Positions 11,929 through 24,047 of a stretch of DNA of 64,000 bases are shown piece by piece (position 1 is the first letter of the stretch; every line of letters begins with the position of its first letter). A model generated the notes under the pieces. The model was not told the origin of the DNA. It searched no databases and saw nothing but the letters and a program-made list of their open reading frames with translations. The position numbers and the translations under genes were made by a program. This DNA comes from Paraspadella gotoi (taxonomy: Eukaryota; Animalia; Chaetognatha), in the NCBI GenBank assembly GCA_051294375.1, contig CM119266.1, positions 3,166,030 to 3,230,029 on the forward strand, read 5' to 3'.

Positions 11929-13272
11929 AATTAATGAATGACTAGTAGGGCGTTGAAAAATAACGAAATATAATAAATCAAGTGAGCTACATAGCTATTT
12001 TAGTGTAATAAAGTCTGTAGAAATCGATGATGATAACCATTTTTTTGTATAGTCTCAATCTTCTTTGTGGAAATGGCGATTTTTTCAGCTATAAGGTGTA
12101 TTAAAATGGAGCAAACATTGTAGAGTATAAGTACGAGCTCAAGTTATTAGATTTTCATAAGGAAGCAGAGCAATACTTTAACTTCATAATATCGAAAAGA
12201 TAAAGAACCACATATAATATCGTTATGGGTTCAGTTTATTTCCAAATTTTATAGTATTTTTAATAGTTTGTTAGCTATATTATTAATAAATAATAATAAA
12301 ATAAGCTTAAAGTAAAAAATAAAAAATTTAAAATTTTAAAAAACACGGATTTATTGAAAATTCCTTACAAAAAAGTTGATATAAGAAAGTATAGTCCATT
12401 TTAAAAAATTCTTCCAATTAAGTAGTAAAAATCATAAAAAACTATTATTTTTGTTTAATTTTTTTAAATTTTGGCTTAAAATTATAGTTTTTTCTGAATT
12501 TTGACGCAAACTTAATTGAACATATATTTTGATATAAAATTATATTTTCTTTATATCAACTTATTCTTGTCCAAAGAATGCAAAATCGAAGAAAAAAAAT
12601 TTTGAACATTTATTATTTTTTTTAACCTTTAATCTAATTTTTACGTAATTAACTATTAATATAATATAAATGTTAACTAACCTTTTTATCAAAACATAAA
12701 ATTTAGAAATACACACCTTACCAATAATAATTTTTTATAAGAACTTTATTGTTTATATTATTCAAAAGCTGCATTATAAATTTATAGAAATTTTAATAAT
12801 TTGATTTATCATAACTTATTAATGTGTTTGCTATTTTTATACACAATTTATAATACATTAAAACCGTCATTTCGACCAAGAAATGATAAAGTTATACAAA
12901 AAAAATGGTCACTCAACATCGAATTTCTAAACAGAAGTACATACACTAAAATAGCTTATGTACGCTCACTTGATTTGTTATATTTTGTTATTTTTTAACG
13001 TTCTAATGACTAGCATCGCATCAATGAATGACTATCATCGCATCAATGAATGCCTATCATCGCATCAATGAATGATTATCATCCGATCAATGAATGATTA
13101 TCATCGCATTAATGAATGATTATCATCGCATCTATGAATGACTATCATCGCATCCATCATTTGGTTATCATCCGCACTCAATATTTGGTTATCAATCGCA
13201 TCAATATTTGGTTATCAATCAAAAGTAGGCTCGATTCCTATTGCTTTTTAAAATTTTTTATCTAATATATAT
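8303..13272. mobile_element. Foldback-type non-autonomous DNA transposon with minisatellite-containing TIRs and an inner palindrome of about 1.75 kb
   Basis: 8303-8570 is the reverse complement of 13010-13272 (aaaagcataaggatcgagccgcttttgat vs atcaaaagtaggctcgattcctattgctttt), TA-repeat flanks; 9430-10340 mirrors 10440-11185 around about 10390. Confidence 0.75.
11946..13005. mobile_element. hAT-type palindromic MITE
   Basis: Termini tagggcgtt...aacgttcta; perfect 8-bp TSD ATGACTAG at 11938-11945 and 13006-13013; the two halves are inverted copies of each other. Confidence 0.85.
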
Positions 13273-13961
13273 TTTTATACCGGCCAAGTGAAGAATAATG
13301 GCAAATGACTTGTTTTCTTAAGTTTCAAGTAATCCGACCATAGAAGAAAACATCTTCTAAAAAATCTTCGGAAAATAATGCCATGACACCGCTATTGAGT
13401 GTTAAGATTTCTCTAAGAGTCACAAATCTGACTTTTCGACTAGTTTATTTTATCCTGATCGTTTGTTATCAAACTGATGGAATAAAAAAACAAGCTCTTC
13501 AGACACAATTCTATCAGATCGCTGATCATGAAGTCTTTTCTTAAACAGGAACATATTTGAATCATGTTTATAAAGTTTCAAAAGTAAAAAATCCTTATCA
13601 TTTCAATATAAAAATCAAGGTGGAAATATTTTTCATCGCGGAGTGGTCCACTTCTCCTGGCTCGTTTTATATCAAAAAAGTTGGTTAATTACTAAGAGAA
13701 AAAAAATGCCAGCTCTTCAGATGCAACGCTCCTGGAATCATATGTTTTTACATCTATTTTTTAACAGTTTGTCCCAGGGGCGTTTGAGAAGTTTGGTTGT
13801 CAGATTTGAACGAAATTCTCCGTTGCAAAAATATTCCAATATTTCTCGAAGAGACGAAGACTGCTATATATTACATTTTATACAAACCATAGAAATTCTT
13901 ATTACTCTATCACTTATTTTTGAAAAGATTTTTTTGAAAATTCTATTTCAATGCTGTTATC

Positions 13962-14179
13962 TAGAATGACAAAGGCTTAATTTTTTGTTTTCGGCAATGG
14001 CAATTTTTCTTTTTATTTGCAATCAAAATTACGGATATGTTTTGGCTCGAGTCCGAGTCTTTTTTCGAATTAAAGAAGACTTGAAATAGAGCCAAAACCT
14101 GTCATGTCCATAATATTTTATTGTAAGTAAAAATTTGAATTGCCATTGCCAAAAATAAATTAAGCCCTGGTTACTCTAA
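13962..14179. mobile_element. Small palindromic MITE-like element
   Basis: tagaatgacaaaggcttaatttt...ggcaatggcaatt mirrored by aattgccattgcc...ttaagccctggttactcta; no clear TSD. Confidence 0.5.
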
Positions 14180-14245
14180 ATTCAAACACAATGAAACTGA
14201 AAGGACTTTATACAATGCTGTTATCATAAAAATTCAAATATTGTA

Positions 14246-15965
14246 CCGTCATGTGCAAAAAAAAAAACGCGGCACTTTATAACTTTAAATTTAAAAATTT
14301 TTGAATTTAAAAACATTTATAAAAATTATATAAAAATTATAAAATTTGTTAAAAAAGGAATCAATGTGACTAATTTTTTTTACAATCGGCCAACTTTTAT
14401 CTACACGGATTTTTTTTAACAAGAAAAACTATAAAGTGAAAAAGCTTTTGATAGCGGTAGCTGACCAAATTTAAATTTTAATGGAAACAGCATTAAACTA
14501 AGCCATTATTGGTATTAATTGTTGTGTTAAAATATTTTTTTGCAAAAATGTTCTGAACAATAAGTAATTCGCTAATTAAAATTATTATATTGCTATTAAG
14601 GTCAAAAAATTTATTTTTTGATATTTTCAGTTTTGAAGAGACAGTAATTATTGTTGTGTTAGTGACAGAACCATTCAATGTAAGCAGTCCCTGAGCTTCG
14701 GATCAGGTGGGTTAAGCGCCCCGTCCCTCTTAACTGCTAAGCGACCACCGGGCTAGAACCCCGGACCTTTGGGTTGGGAGGCGAATGACTTGCCTCCGGC
14801 ACCAATGGCCGCTGATGAATGGTTGGTGGATTTTAGTCCACCATATTTTTTTAATTGATTCTGATAGAGCTCAAAAAGTTAGGCAAAAATATAATTATAA
14901 CTTTTTAAAATTTTGATGTTTTATTACTGAAAATTAGTAAAAACTGCTAAAATCATCGGATGATGATGATTTTTAAGGTTTTTCCAAATTTTAACCCACG
15001 TATCATCAAAATATTAAAAAAGGCATTATACTTTGTGTAGGCAACTTTTTATAAGCTATCTGAATCTGCTTTTTAAAATACAAAATTCCAAAAAATTTTC
15101 TGGACATTTCCTATCTATAAATAAATATTAAAAAAATTTAAAAAATTTTGGTCCATTGAAAGTTTTTTCAGAAATATATGAAGTTTCATTTGGGAAGGTT
15201 CCCATATCAAACTTCTGACCTACCCCATTGACAAAGATTGGCACTACTTTTGACATTCAGATTGCTCAGACACATACTCCAATGTTTATATCTGTAAGAT
15301 GAACCGAAATTTTAAAACATTTCATTTTTTTTATAAAAATATATCTTATAACAAGAAGGTCCTCTTCAAATATAAAAAAAATTGCTTTTTTGAAATTCGA
15401 TCATGCCATTGAGCACATAATTAAGAAAATAAGAAAGCTGGACTATTGGGAGTTTAAAAATAAAAAAACGTCGGCAATTTTATACCAGGGTGAAAAATCT
15501 GAAATCGTTTTATCAGATAATTTAGCGCAGTACTTGATCATTTCATTTAAAATCCGTGTAAAAGCTTCAGAATCATGGACCTGTCTTTCATCATATATTT
15601 TAATAACCTTAAGATTATTATTTAGGGATCTGGGGCAATCAAGTTATCCAGCTATACCTCCGGATGTCCAGTATAATTTTTTTCTTTTTTAATCTACTTC
15701 AAGTATTGAAAATATCAGAAGAAAAAATATTAGTCTTAAATATATCAGATTTTTTTTTGTTCAGCTTTGCGGTAGATAACTTCATTTAAAAAAATCACTG
15801 TTCCTAAACGGATGGCCCGATTTTAATAAAATTTATGCCAAACTTATCATCTTTCAATAAAATTTAAATCACCTTTAAATTTAAAAAAAAAGTTTATAGG
15901 GTGATTTTTGAAGTCTGAAATTTTAAAGTCTGTAAAGTGGGGCGTTTTTTTATTGCACAGGTCTG
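14246..15965. mobile_element. Tc1/mariner-type non-autonomous element
   Basis: TA|ccgtcatgtgcaaaaaaaaaaacgcggcacttt ... aaagtggggcgttttttttattgcacaggtctg|TA: imperfect TIRs with a TA target duplication. Confidence 0.65.
14634..14845 (-). mobile_element. Solo LTR of the TRIM-like family
   Basis: High similarity to 6243-6469 and to 47482-47732 (reverse complement); no internal region adjacent. Confidence 0.8.
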
Positions 15966-15979
15966 TAGTGTGTCTTTAC

Positions 15980-16156
15980 ATGGAATCAAATTAGAGTTTG
16001 TGAAAACTGAATTAGGTCTATCCATTTGATGCAGCGATCCAGGTCATCATTGTTGCTCCACTTTGAACAAAAAATTGAGGTACAGACTCCAAAAACGCGT
16101 CCATGAAATTTAAGCAGATAAGCAGATTGTTTTTCAATCGACATAGTTCTTTCTTT
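15980..16156 (-). CDS. XK-related protein exon 2, carrying a +1 frameshift near 16022
   Basis: tacag| acceptor in phase with exon 1; reads RKKELCRLKNNLLICLNFMDAFLESVPQFFVQSGATMMTW, matching the Xkr EAFLESxPQxxxQ motif; TAG at 16018-16020 unless one base is removed, in which case it is open to the |gtaaag donor. Confidence 0.75.
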
Positions 16157-16828
16157 CTGTACAAACAAATAATTTTATTACTTTATATGTACATATTAGA
16201 TAGTTCTCCCCGAAATATCAAACATTTTTAAAAGTTTTATGTTCTTGCAAAGTTTCTTATGCCAAATTTAGTGGTGAAGAACATTTATGATACTATATTT
16301 CGAATTTAATTTTTATCAATTTTTCTTTGCAAAACATTCAATTTAAATGAGTCCTAGTTTTTTACTTTTTACGTTTTAAATTTTTTATTTTTTAAGATAA
16401 ATTTTATTTAAAAAAATACATAGAAAACTTTTTTAAATTGATATAAATTATTTACATTTTAATGTTGTCTAAAATAAGTGCATTAATAAAAATAAAAATG
16501 TATATATAAAAAATTATTAAAAATATGCTAATTATTTTGATATTTAAAAAATCATTAAAAATATTTTGACCAATTATTTTATGTAATAACTACTGGAGTT
16601 TGCTTTGTACAAATTTTAAAATTTAGGTATCCTATGAAATGGTTCATATTTTTGCGCTTATTCATGATAATAAATACAAGTTTTTCGATCTGGTATAGGA
16701 GTAGTAAGCTTTTATTAACCGACAGTACCCTTGGGACACACAACAAGATGATTGGCGTAAAATTTTAAAAATTGTTTAAACCAAAGAATTCACCTAATGA
16801 AATATTATACTAAACATTAATTTGTTAC

Positions 16829-17154
16829 CGTGAAAATAATGCTGCATCCAAATGCATGTCTATAAGCAATGGCACCGATGACAATCCCAGGATTTGGAAA
16901 GCGAAAGTCAGGGCTCTTCTTATGGGCGTTCCAAGCAATCGGGGATATTTCTCTCCATTCATTGAAAAGAATATCGCGCTATAAGCTGCTGAAATTACAG
17001 CGTGAAATGATGTTATGAATAAGAGTATCCAGCCGACTATGTTGAGATAATGCTGATTCGACATTAAATAAATGCTTGTTATTTGAATGTCTGTTCCGAA
17101 ATCAGAAATTACGAAGATGATCTTAAGAAGCAGAATAAATGGTAGAAACTCCAT
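16829..17154 (-). CDS. XK-related protein exon 1
   Basis: MEFLPF...IIFVISDFGTDIQITSIY...VGWILLF matches the Xkr N-terminal DxxTD...Y pattern; ends TCA CG|gtaac (phase 2); start codon uncertain. Confidence 0.78.
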
Positions 17155-18967
17155 AACGAATTCCTTCAAGCTTTTCTTGCTTAAATGAAATTAGGATTCA
17201 TTTCTATTTAATTTAGTAAGTTTTTTAGCGGCCGTTCAATGTTTGACTTTTTTAGCTATTTTCAATGAAAAAATCGAGTGAATAAAGGCACTTGGATATA
17301 AGCTCGTTCCTGCTTTCGTTCAAGAGATTGTATTTGTCCCTTATGTCAATTAATTGGTATCATTAGAGTGTTTCAGATATACCTCGTGTCCAATCGCGAA
17401 TGACACGAGAAGTATCGTTACCATTTCTCACCATTTCTCCATTTAGTAGCCATGTGCTGGATGTTATTTTAAATACTATTGATTTATTAAATACTACTAA
17501 ATGATATTTATTCAATACCTACTAATGAAATTCAATTTTTATCGAAAAATCTTTTCACAAAACTATAACAAAAAGAGTAGTTTTTTGAATAAGAATAATT
17601 TGAAAAATTTTATTCTAATTAATTTTATATTTTTATATTGGTTGTACCAATTTCATAATATTAAAAGCACTGATTAGACTATAATTTGGGCTATTTTACG
17701 ATAAAAAAAAATCAAGAACCTTATCAAAAAGGCTTTTCTTAAAAAAATTCATTTAAAAATCCATTCAAAACTCAAATAAACTTAAATAAATAAATTTATG
17801 TTATTACATTTAATGCTTTTATTCATACATCTACACTATAAATTTAAAAAAAAACTTGTTTTACTGTACTTTTAAATTGAGATAAATCAAGACAAAATAT
17901 GAGAAATGATTAAGAATTCTGGAATCGAAAGTTTTGTTATTTTATTAATTCCAAATAGGAGACAGTCTACTAATAAGTCAATAACTAACAACTGACGACT
18001 TCTGTCACAAAACTCATGTAATATTCTTGGAATCAGTAAAATATACGTCTTTTGCTCTTAGATATATGATTTCCGATGGATTTGGCAATCATCCAGAACT
18101 GTCACAGAATCAATTTGTCAATAAGTTAATAACGAACAACTGACGACTCCTGTCATGAACTTCATGTAATATTCTTGGAATCAGTAATATGAAATTGGTA
18201 CAACCAATATAAAAATATCCATCATTAAAATATATACGTCTTTTGCTGATCGATACAGGAAGTCCAGCTCTAATGGGACTAACTTAAAGTGCTTCAGCAA
18301 AAATACTGTTTATGATAGAAGAAAAAAGGGACTATATTTGGAAACTAGGTTAAATTTTCTTTTGATCGATATCAAAAACGTCTAATAACTACTGTAATTC
18401 AAGCTTTTTGCGTAACATGTCAAAATTTTTCGCGCCAATTCTTTACAAAATTTAGGGAAATTTTGGCGAAAATCAAGATGAAAGATAATGACTTCTGAGT
18501 TTATGCCACGAAGTTTTTTCTGACTGCAATCCCCCTGATACAGAAGCAGAATGTCCCACGTATCCCCTCTACAACTGTCGACCTTCTGATAGCAGCACTA
18601 GTGACAGAAATGACAGAATTCCTAACGGGCGCGGTCCCAAAAGATTGTGCCGCCTTCTCTGAGCACTGAGAGAAGGTCATGGTTGCCAAATGTTAATTGA
18701 TTAATTGATTGTGTTGTCATTACAACTTTTTACAAGTGTACCAATTTTTATTCAATTATTTTTTATTTACCCATCCAAATGATTTTTAAAAATTAGTCCC
18801 AAAAGAGCTGGACCTCCCTGTATATGATTTCCGATGGACTTGGTAATCATCCAGAACTGTTACGGAATCAATTTGTCTCAATAGGGCATTGGTTAATTAA
18901 GTATTCATTACAGCAAGAAGTCAATTCAAATGTCGGCCAAAAAAAAATAGACACAATTATTTCTTCT

Positions 18968-18970
<3 letters not shown>

Positions 18971-19057
<87 letters not shown>

Positions 19058-19060
19058 AGA
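18971..19060. repeat. (AG)n microsatellite, representative of many AG/CT tracts in the window
   Basis: Direct reading; others at about 21696, 29401, 31980, 49750, 54060 and 63240. Confidence 0.95.
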
Positions 19061-19703
19061 GGAAAAACTCTTGGGAATTCCATTAAGAAAAAGACTCATA
19101 AAAAAGGGAATTGTTTGCGTTGCTCAGCCAGAGTTCGACTTCAATCGTTCATCTCTCATCTTTTTTTTCTCTTACTTTTCCTTATTTTTTTACACTTTTT
19201 TTTATAACTTTATTTCGTTTTACTGTTCATTGTTCTATTCTTTCCAGTTTAATGTGTTTTTTGTTCATTTTTTCGTCTCTGGATTCTATCGTTGTTCCTT
19301 TTCTTCCTTATTTTTTCTCTTTTTCTTTTATTTTCTTTTCTTTACTTCTTCACATCAAGTTAATCCTGTCTTTTTTTTGAGTCATTCGTTCCTTCTCATT
19401 TTTCTCCCTAAATTAACGCGAAAATTATTTTCCTGACGAAAAACAATTGAAAACTCTTTAAAACTATTTACCCTTCCTCACCTCTTACCTCCACCCACGT
19501 CTCTTCCTCTCATCTATTTTACCTTTCTCCTCTCTCTTCTACTTTTTCTCCTTTCTTCTCTTCTTTTTCTCTCTTTCCTTTCCTCCCTTTCTTCTTCCTC
19601 TTCCTCTGTGCCCTTCTCTTCTCGCACCACCTTTCCCTCTCTCTCACTCTCCTCTCCTTCTCTATTGCTGTCCCGCCCTTCCCTCACCAACGTCGCCCCG
19701 CAG

Positions 19704-19827
19704 GAGAAAGCTTTGACAGCGACGAATCCTCACCTTTTCACCGTCGCCACTTTAACTTACCACGCCCTTCGCGCCGTCGGACCCAATTACTCCATCGTGA
19801 TGGACAACGCCACAGCGGAGAAGAAAG
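19704..19827 (+). CDS. M17 aminopeptidase exon B
   Basis: cgcag| acceptor, |gtgagg donor; EKALTATNPHLFTVATLTYHALRAVGPNYSIVMDNATAEKK; phase 0 in, phase 1 out. Confidence 0.92.
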
Positions 19828-20423
19828 GTGAGGTCGTCGTCGTCGTCGTCGTCGTCGTCGGAGTCATTTTTGTCTGTTATTTTCTTTCATCACAAAGTTG
19901 TGCTTCTTCATTTTTGGTTTCTCTAACAAACCACACGTTTTTTTTTTGTTTCGTGAAATTCAAAGTCAAATTTAGAAGGAGAAAGAATGTTTGGCATTAT
20001 TTTCCGAAAGCGCCCCATTTCCTTTCCTAATCCCTTAACCTAATTTTAATTTAAATATTTAAGCTTAATCTCTTACCAATAGTTAATGTAATCAATAATT
20101 CTAATGCCTAACCTCGTCCTCACCTAATCCCTAATAATTATCCATGATTATTAACCCTGACTTTAATCCGTAAACAAATCCATACCCATTGTACCTAAAC
20201 CTCGAATCATTAATATCTAACGTCTCACCTAATCTTTAAACTTGAAAACTTATTTAAATTTAAATTTAACCGGAAAAGCAGTCCGAAAGTCTGAAAGTCT
20301 GAAAGTCTGAAAGGGTCAGAATCCGAAGACCCTGAACAGGTCAGTGAACATGCTCCAGTCAATAAAACGCGACCCCTTCAAAAAAAGAAATTTAAAAAAA
20401 CCGCGACCCCCTCTTCCCGTCAG

Positions 20424-20525
20424 CGACGGCGTCCGGGATTCAAAAAAGCGGAAGTCTCGTGGGAGATCCCTTCGAAGTTTCCCGACTCAGGATCGAAGAC
20501 TTTGAGTTCAACGCCGGAAAATCGG
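20424..20525 (+). CDS. M17 aminopeptidase exon C
   Basis: gtcag| acceptor, |gtgagt donor; ATASGIQKSGSLVGDPFEVSRLRIEDFEFNAGKS; phase 1 to phase 1. Confidence 0.9.
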
Positions 20526-21692
20526 GTGAGTCAAGGGTAAGTGAGGGAAGTCACGTGGGGCTGAGAAAGATTTGGTCAAGATATTGGATACGAGACCTTT
20601 AATCCGTTTGTTTTTTTCGATATATTTGATACGTATTTATCTTTAAAATATATTCAATGAAATTGGTACAACCAATATAAAAATTATCCATTCATATAAT
20701 AAACCAGCTATCTTGCCCCTGACTTTGGACAAGCTTTTGGCTATTATACATACGTATTACTAAATTATGAAATGAATAAATTCAGAGGTGAAATGAGAAC
20801 CTTAGAATACTAAAGTAAAACCTTAATAGGAGCATAGTAAAACTTTAATTGAGCAAAGTAGAACAGGAGCAGAGCAATGAAGAACCTAAGGAAAATCGAT
20901 GAAATCCGAGAAGCGGATGATTTGACCCCGAAGATCCGGTTTGCATGACATTGCATATAGCGGAGACGATGATGACGACGATGACGACGATATCGACAAC
21001 GAAGACGCCAACATAATTTTTTTTCTATTATAAAAAATATTCTTTCCAAAAGATAAGATACTGATAAGCATCTTTAAATCCAGGTAAAACAGCTCGTATC
21101 ACAGCTTGAGATTTCTCCTAAAATGTCATCGCAGAAAATGGACCAGTAGAAATGGACCAGTAGAAATGGACCAGTAGAAATGGACCAGTAGAACGCCTAC
21201 TTTCTTCGTTGATGTGCTCATCTCTAAATTTTTCACGACGAATATAACGGAGATGTCTTTTAAAACTAACTCATAAAGTAATTAGTTTGTTATTGTAAAT
21301 ATAAATATAAATGAAATTGACACAATACAATAAAAAATTATCCATTTATTTATTAAATAAGCTATCTTGCCCCTGACTTTGATAACAAAACTTTTTTAAA
21401 AGTAAAATTCAAGTCATAAACAAGAATTTTGGATTTCAATACAAACAAACTCTTTTGAGATACGCGAAAAATCGAATCCGTGCGGATTTTAAATCTCAAG
21501 GATTTTCAACTTTGCGTCTGAATTTGACGCAAAAAAAAGATTTCATACTATTTTTTTTATCGATTTTTATCTTTTTTTCTTTGAGGATAAAAGCTGAATA
21601 CGTTTTTTTATTCCCCTTTTAAAATTTTGTTTTCTATTAATGTCTTTTACTTGTGTAGGGTTTTTTCTTTTTGTACCTTTCAAGCTCGAGAA

Positions 21693-21763
<71 letters not shown>

Positions 21764-22231
21764 CTCTCTCCATTCTCTCTCAATTCTCTCTCCTCTTTAT
21801 GCTTCACTATTCAGGCGCCACATTGTTTTATTCATACCTGAGGGCATCGTTAATGGTGAAGCTGGGAATAGAGAGAGAGAGAAAGGAAGAGAGAGAGAGA
21901 GAGAGAGTGTGTGTGTGTCTGTGTCAATGCGAAAATGTCGCAAAATAGAATAAAGAAAGAGAGAGGTAAAAATGGAAAGAGAGAATGAGAGGAAAAAATG
22001 TCACAAAATGTAATAAAGAAAGAAGTAAAGTACACAAAAGAATTTTAAAAAAAGGAAAAACAGATAAAAGAAAGATTTTGAAAGAAAGAAACAAAAATAA
22101 AAAAAATGATAAGAAAGGATAAAAGGAAAGAATATGCAAGAAAAAAATAAAAAGAAAAGGAAAAAGAAAGAAAAAGAAAAAGAAAAGGCAGACGTCCTTC
22201 TCGTGCTACAATTTGTCATTTTGTTCCTCAG

Positions 22232-22293
22232 CCTACGAAGATTTGCGTCAGTGCAACAACGCTTCGTCCGCGGTCACCCCAAGAGGTCACCAG
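22232..22293 (+). CDS. M17 aminopeptidase exon D
   Basis: ctcag| acceptor, |gtcagc donor; AYEDLRQCNNASSAVTPRGHQ; phase 1 to phase 0. Confidence 0.9.
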
Positions 22294-23065
22294 GTCAGCT
22301 CCCCCCTCTCACCCTTCTTCCACCTTCACCTTCACCATTTCTCACCCTTTCCTACACTTCATCCCTATTTTACTCAGACGGTCACGTGGTCAGAATTTAT
22401 CACTTTTTATGTATCAATAGAATTGATATAGATACTTGATCGATTTGTACTCTAAAGCTTTGTCAATTAGTGAACCCTTTGGAACATTAGGACAATTTGA
22501 TTGATGGAAAGAAGCCTTTAAAAATCTTAAATTAAGACTTAATTATCATCATCATAACAGAACATTTCATAGTTTTTTTTCACATTTTAACCGCCAAAAC
22601 AACAGTTCTAAAAAGGCGTAAATATATTTTTTGTGAAACCTTTCGAGCTTTTTCTTATAAGTAAAAATGTTGCATAAGAAAAGTTTTTTGTATAATTTGT
22701 ATTATTATATACAAATTTTTTAAAACTCTTAATATAAAAATTACATAATTACTTGTTTCACTATTTTAAGTTTTAGATTTAAAATATTCATTAAAATTTT
22801 TTTTTTAAAATTCTATATTTTTTATTTTTATTATTATTATTATTTTTTTTTTTAATTAATTTTGATTTTAAATAATCTAAATAAGAGAAATCTGAATTTT
22901 TTTATCATTTTAATTTTCTCTGGAAGATATCTTAACGTTACTTAAATCATTAACTCTAAGTTCATAACTTGTTCCGCCTAATTATTCAGTATTTACTCTT
23001 CACACTGTTCCCCTAATTCATTTTTCCACCTGTCCACCACTTTCCACCCACTTTCCCTCCATCAG

Positions 23066-23248
23066 GTGGCCATGGGTTTCATGGCGATGGGATCGGGCCT
23101 CACCTCCCACGAAGCAGCGTCGTCACGCCCACTTCCTTACACTCACCTGGACATCTGCGGTTCGGCCGGAACTCACCCTGGAATCCCGACTGGGGCCCCG
23201 CTGCCCGCCCTCGCCAAGCATTTCTTGGTTGGGAGGGTCGGAGTTTGA
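23066..23248 (+). CDS. M17 aminopeptidase terminal exon
   Basis: atcag| acceptor; VAMGFMAMGSGL...PYTHLDICGSAGTHPGIPTGAPLPAL...*, containing an HLDIAG-like motif. Confidence 0.93.
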   Translation: MAMGFMAMGSGLTSHEAASSRPLPYTHLDICGSAGTHPGIPTGAPLPALAKHFLVGRVGV

Positions 23249-23956
23249 CAAGCTCGATCAAGCTTCGACTTTGGGTCTGGAGTTGACCGAGCCTTTTATT
23301 TCGACGTTTTACAAACGCTTTCTTAAATACGGAGATTAAATGAAGTAGTATAATTTTTAAACTGCATTATATTTGGAATTAATATTAAAAAACAATCAGA
23401 CTTCCGCGTTTTTAATTATATTTTCTCTAGACATGAATTTTACTAATTCATCTATTAACCTTGAATGAATAATTCTTATAGTTAGAATATAATCCGAGTC
23501 CCGGATCCGATTCCATTTTTAGTTCCGATCTAATTTTTGGTTTGATTCCATCTGCGATGAAACAAAGATTTAAAAAAAAACGTAAGATGGAAATATATAT
23601 TTTTAGGAAGACCCCATATGAGTCAACAGGACTTTATTCTATATTTAACTAACAATTTTTTTTTAAAAATTAATGACTTTATTCAAAACATACGTTTAAT
23701 TTTAACCGCGCAAAAACAATTGAAGACGAATCGATGGCGCCCGCTTTTCTTTCTTTTCAAATGAGACAGAAAATTCTTTCTCCTCTTTATTCCGCGACTC
23801 GAAGCATCTGCCGAATAAACACTTTACCTCTCACCAAGACAAATTTAAGTGTTGACTCTCTCTTTTATTTATTCCTTTGTTTACATTTTCTGTTGGTTTT
23901 GCTCTCTTTGTCTGTTCCTTCTCGTCTTCATCCATCTCTACCCGTCTACTTTCTTA

Positions 23957-23987
<31 letters not shown>

Positions 23988-24047
23988 TCTCTCATCGTTC
24001 TCTCTCTCTTCACTCAATTCCACTTTTTCATTTCGTCGCACGCCGCC

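Noticed and set aside
15222-15292. Extra Xkr exon on the minus strand (cag|...|gtagg)
   Set aside because: Lies within the Tc1-like element and gives a stop in the required phase
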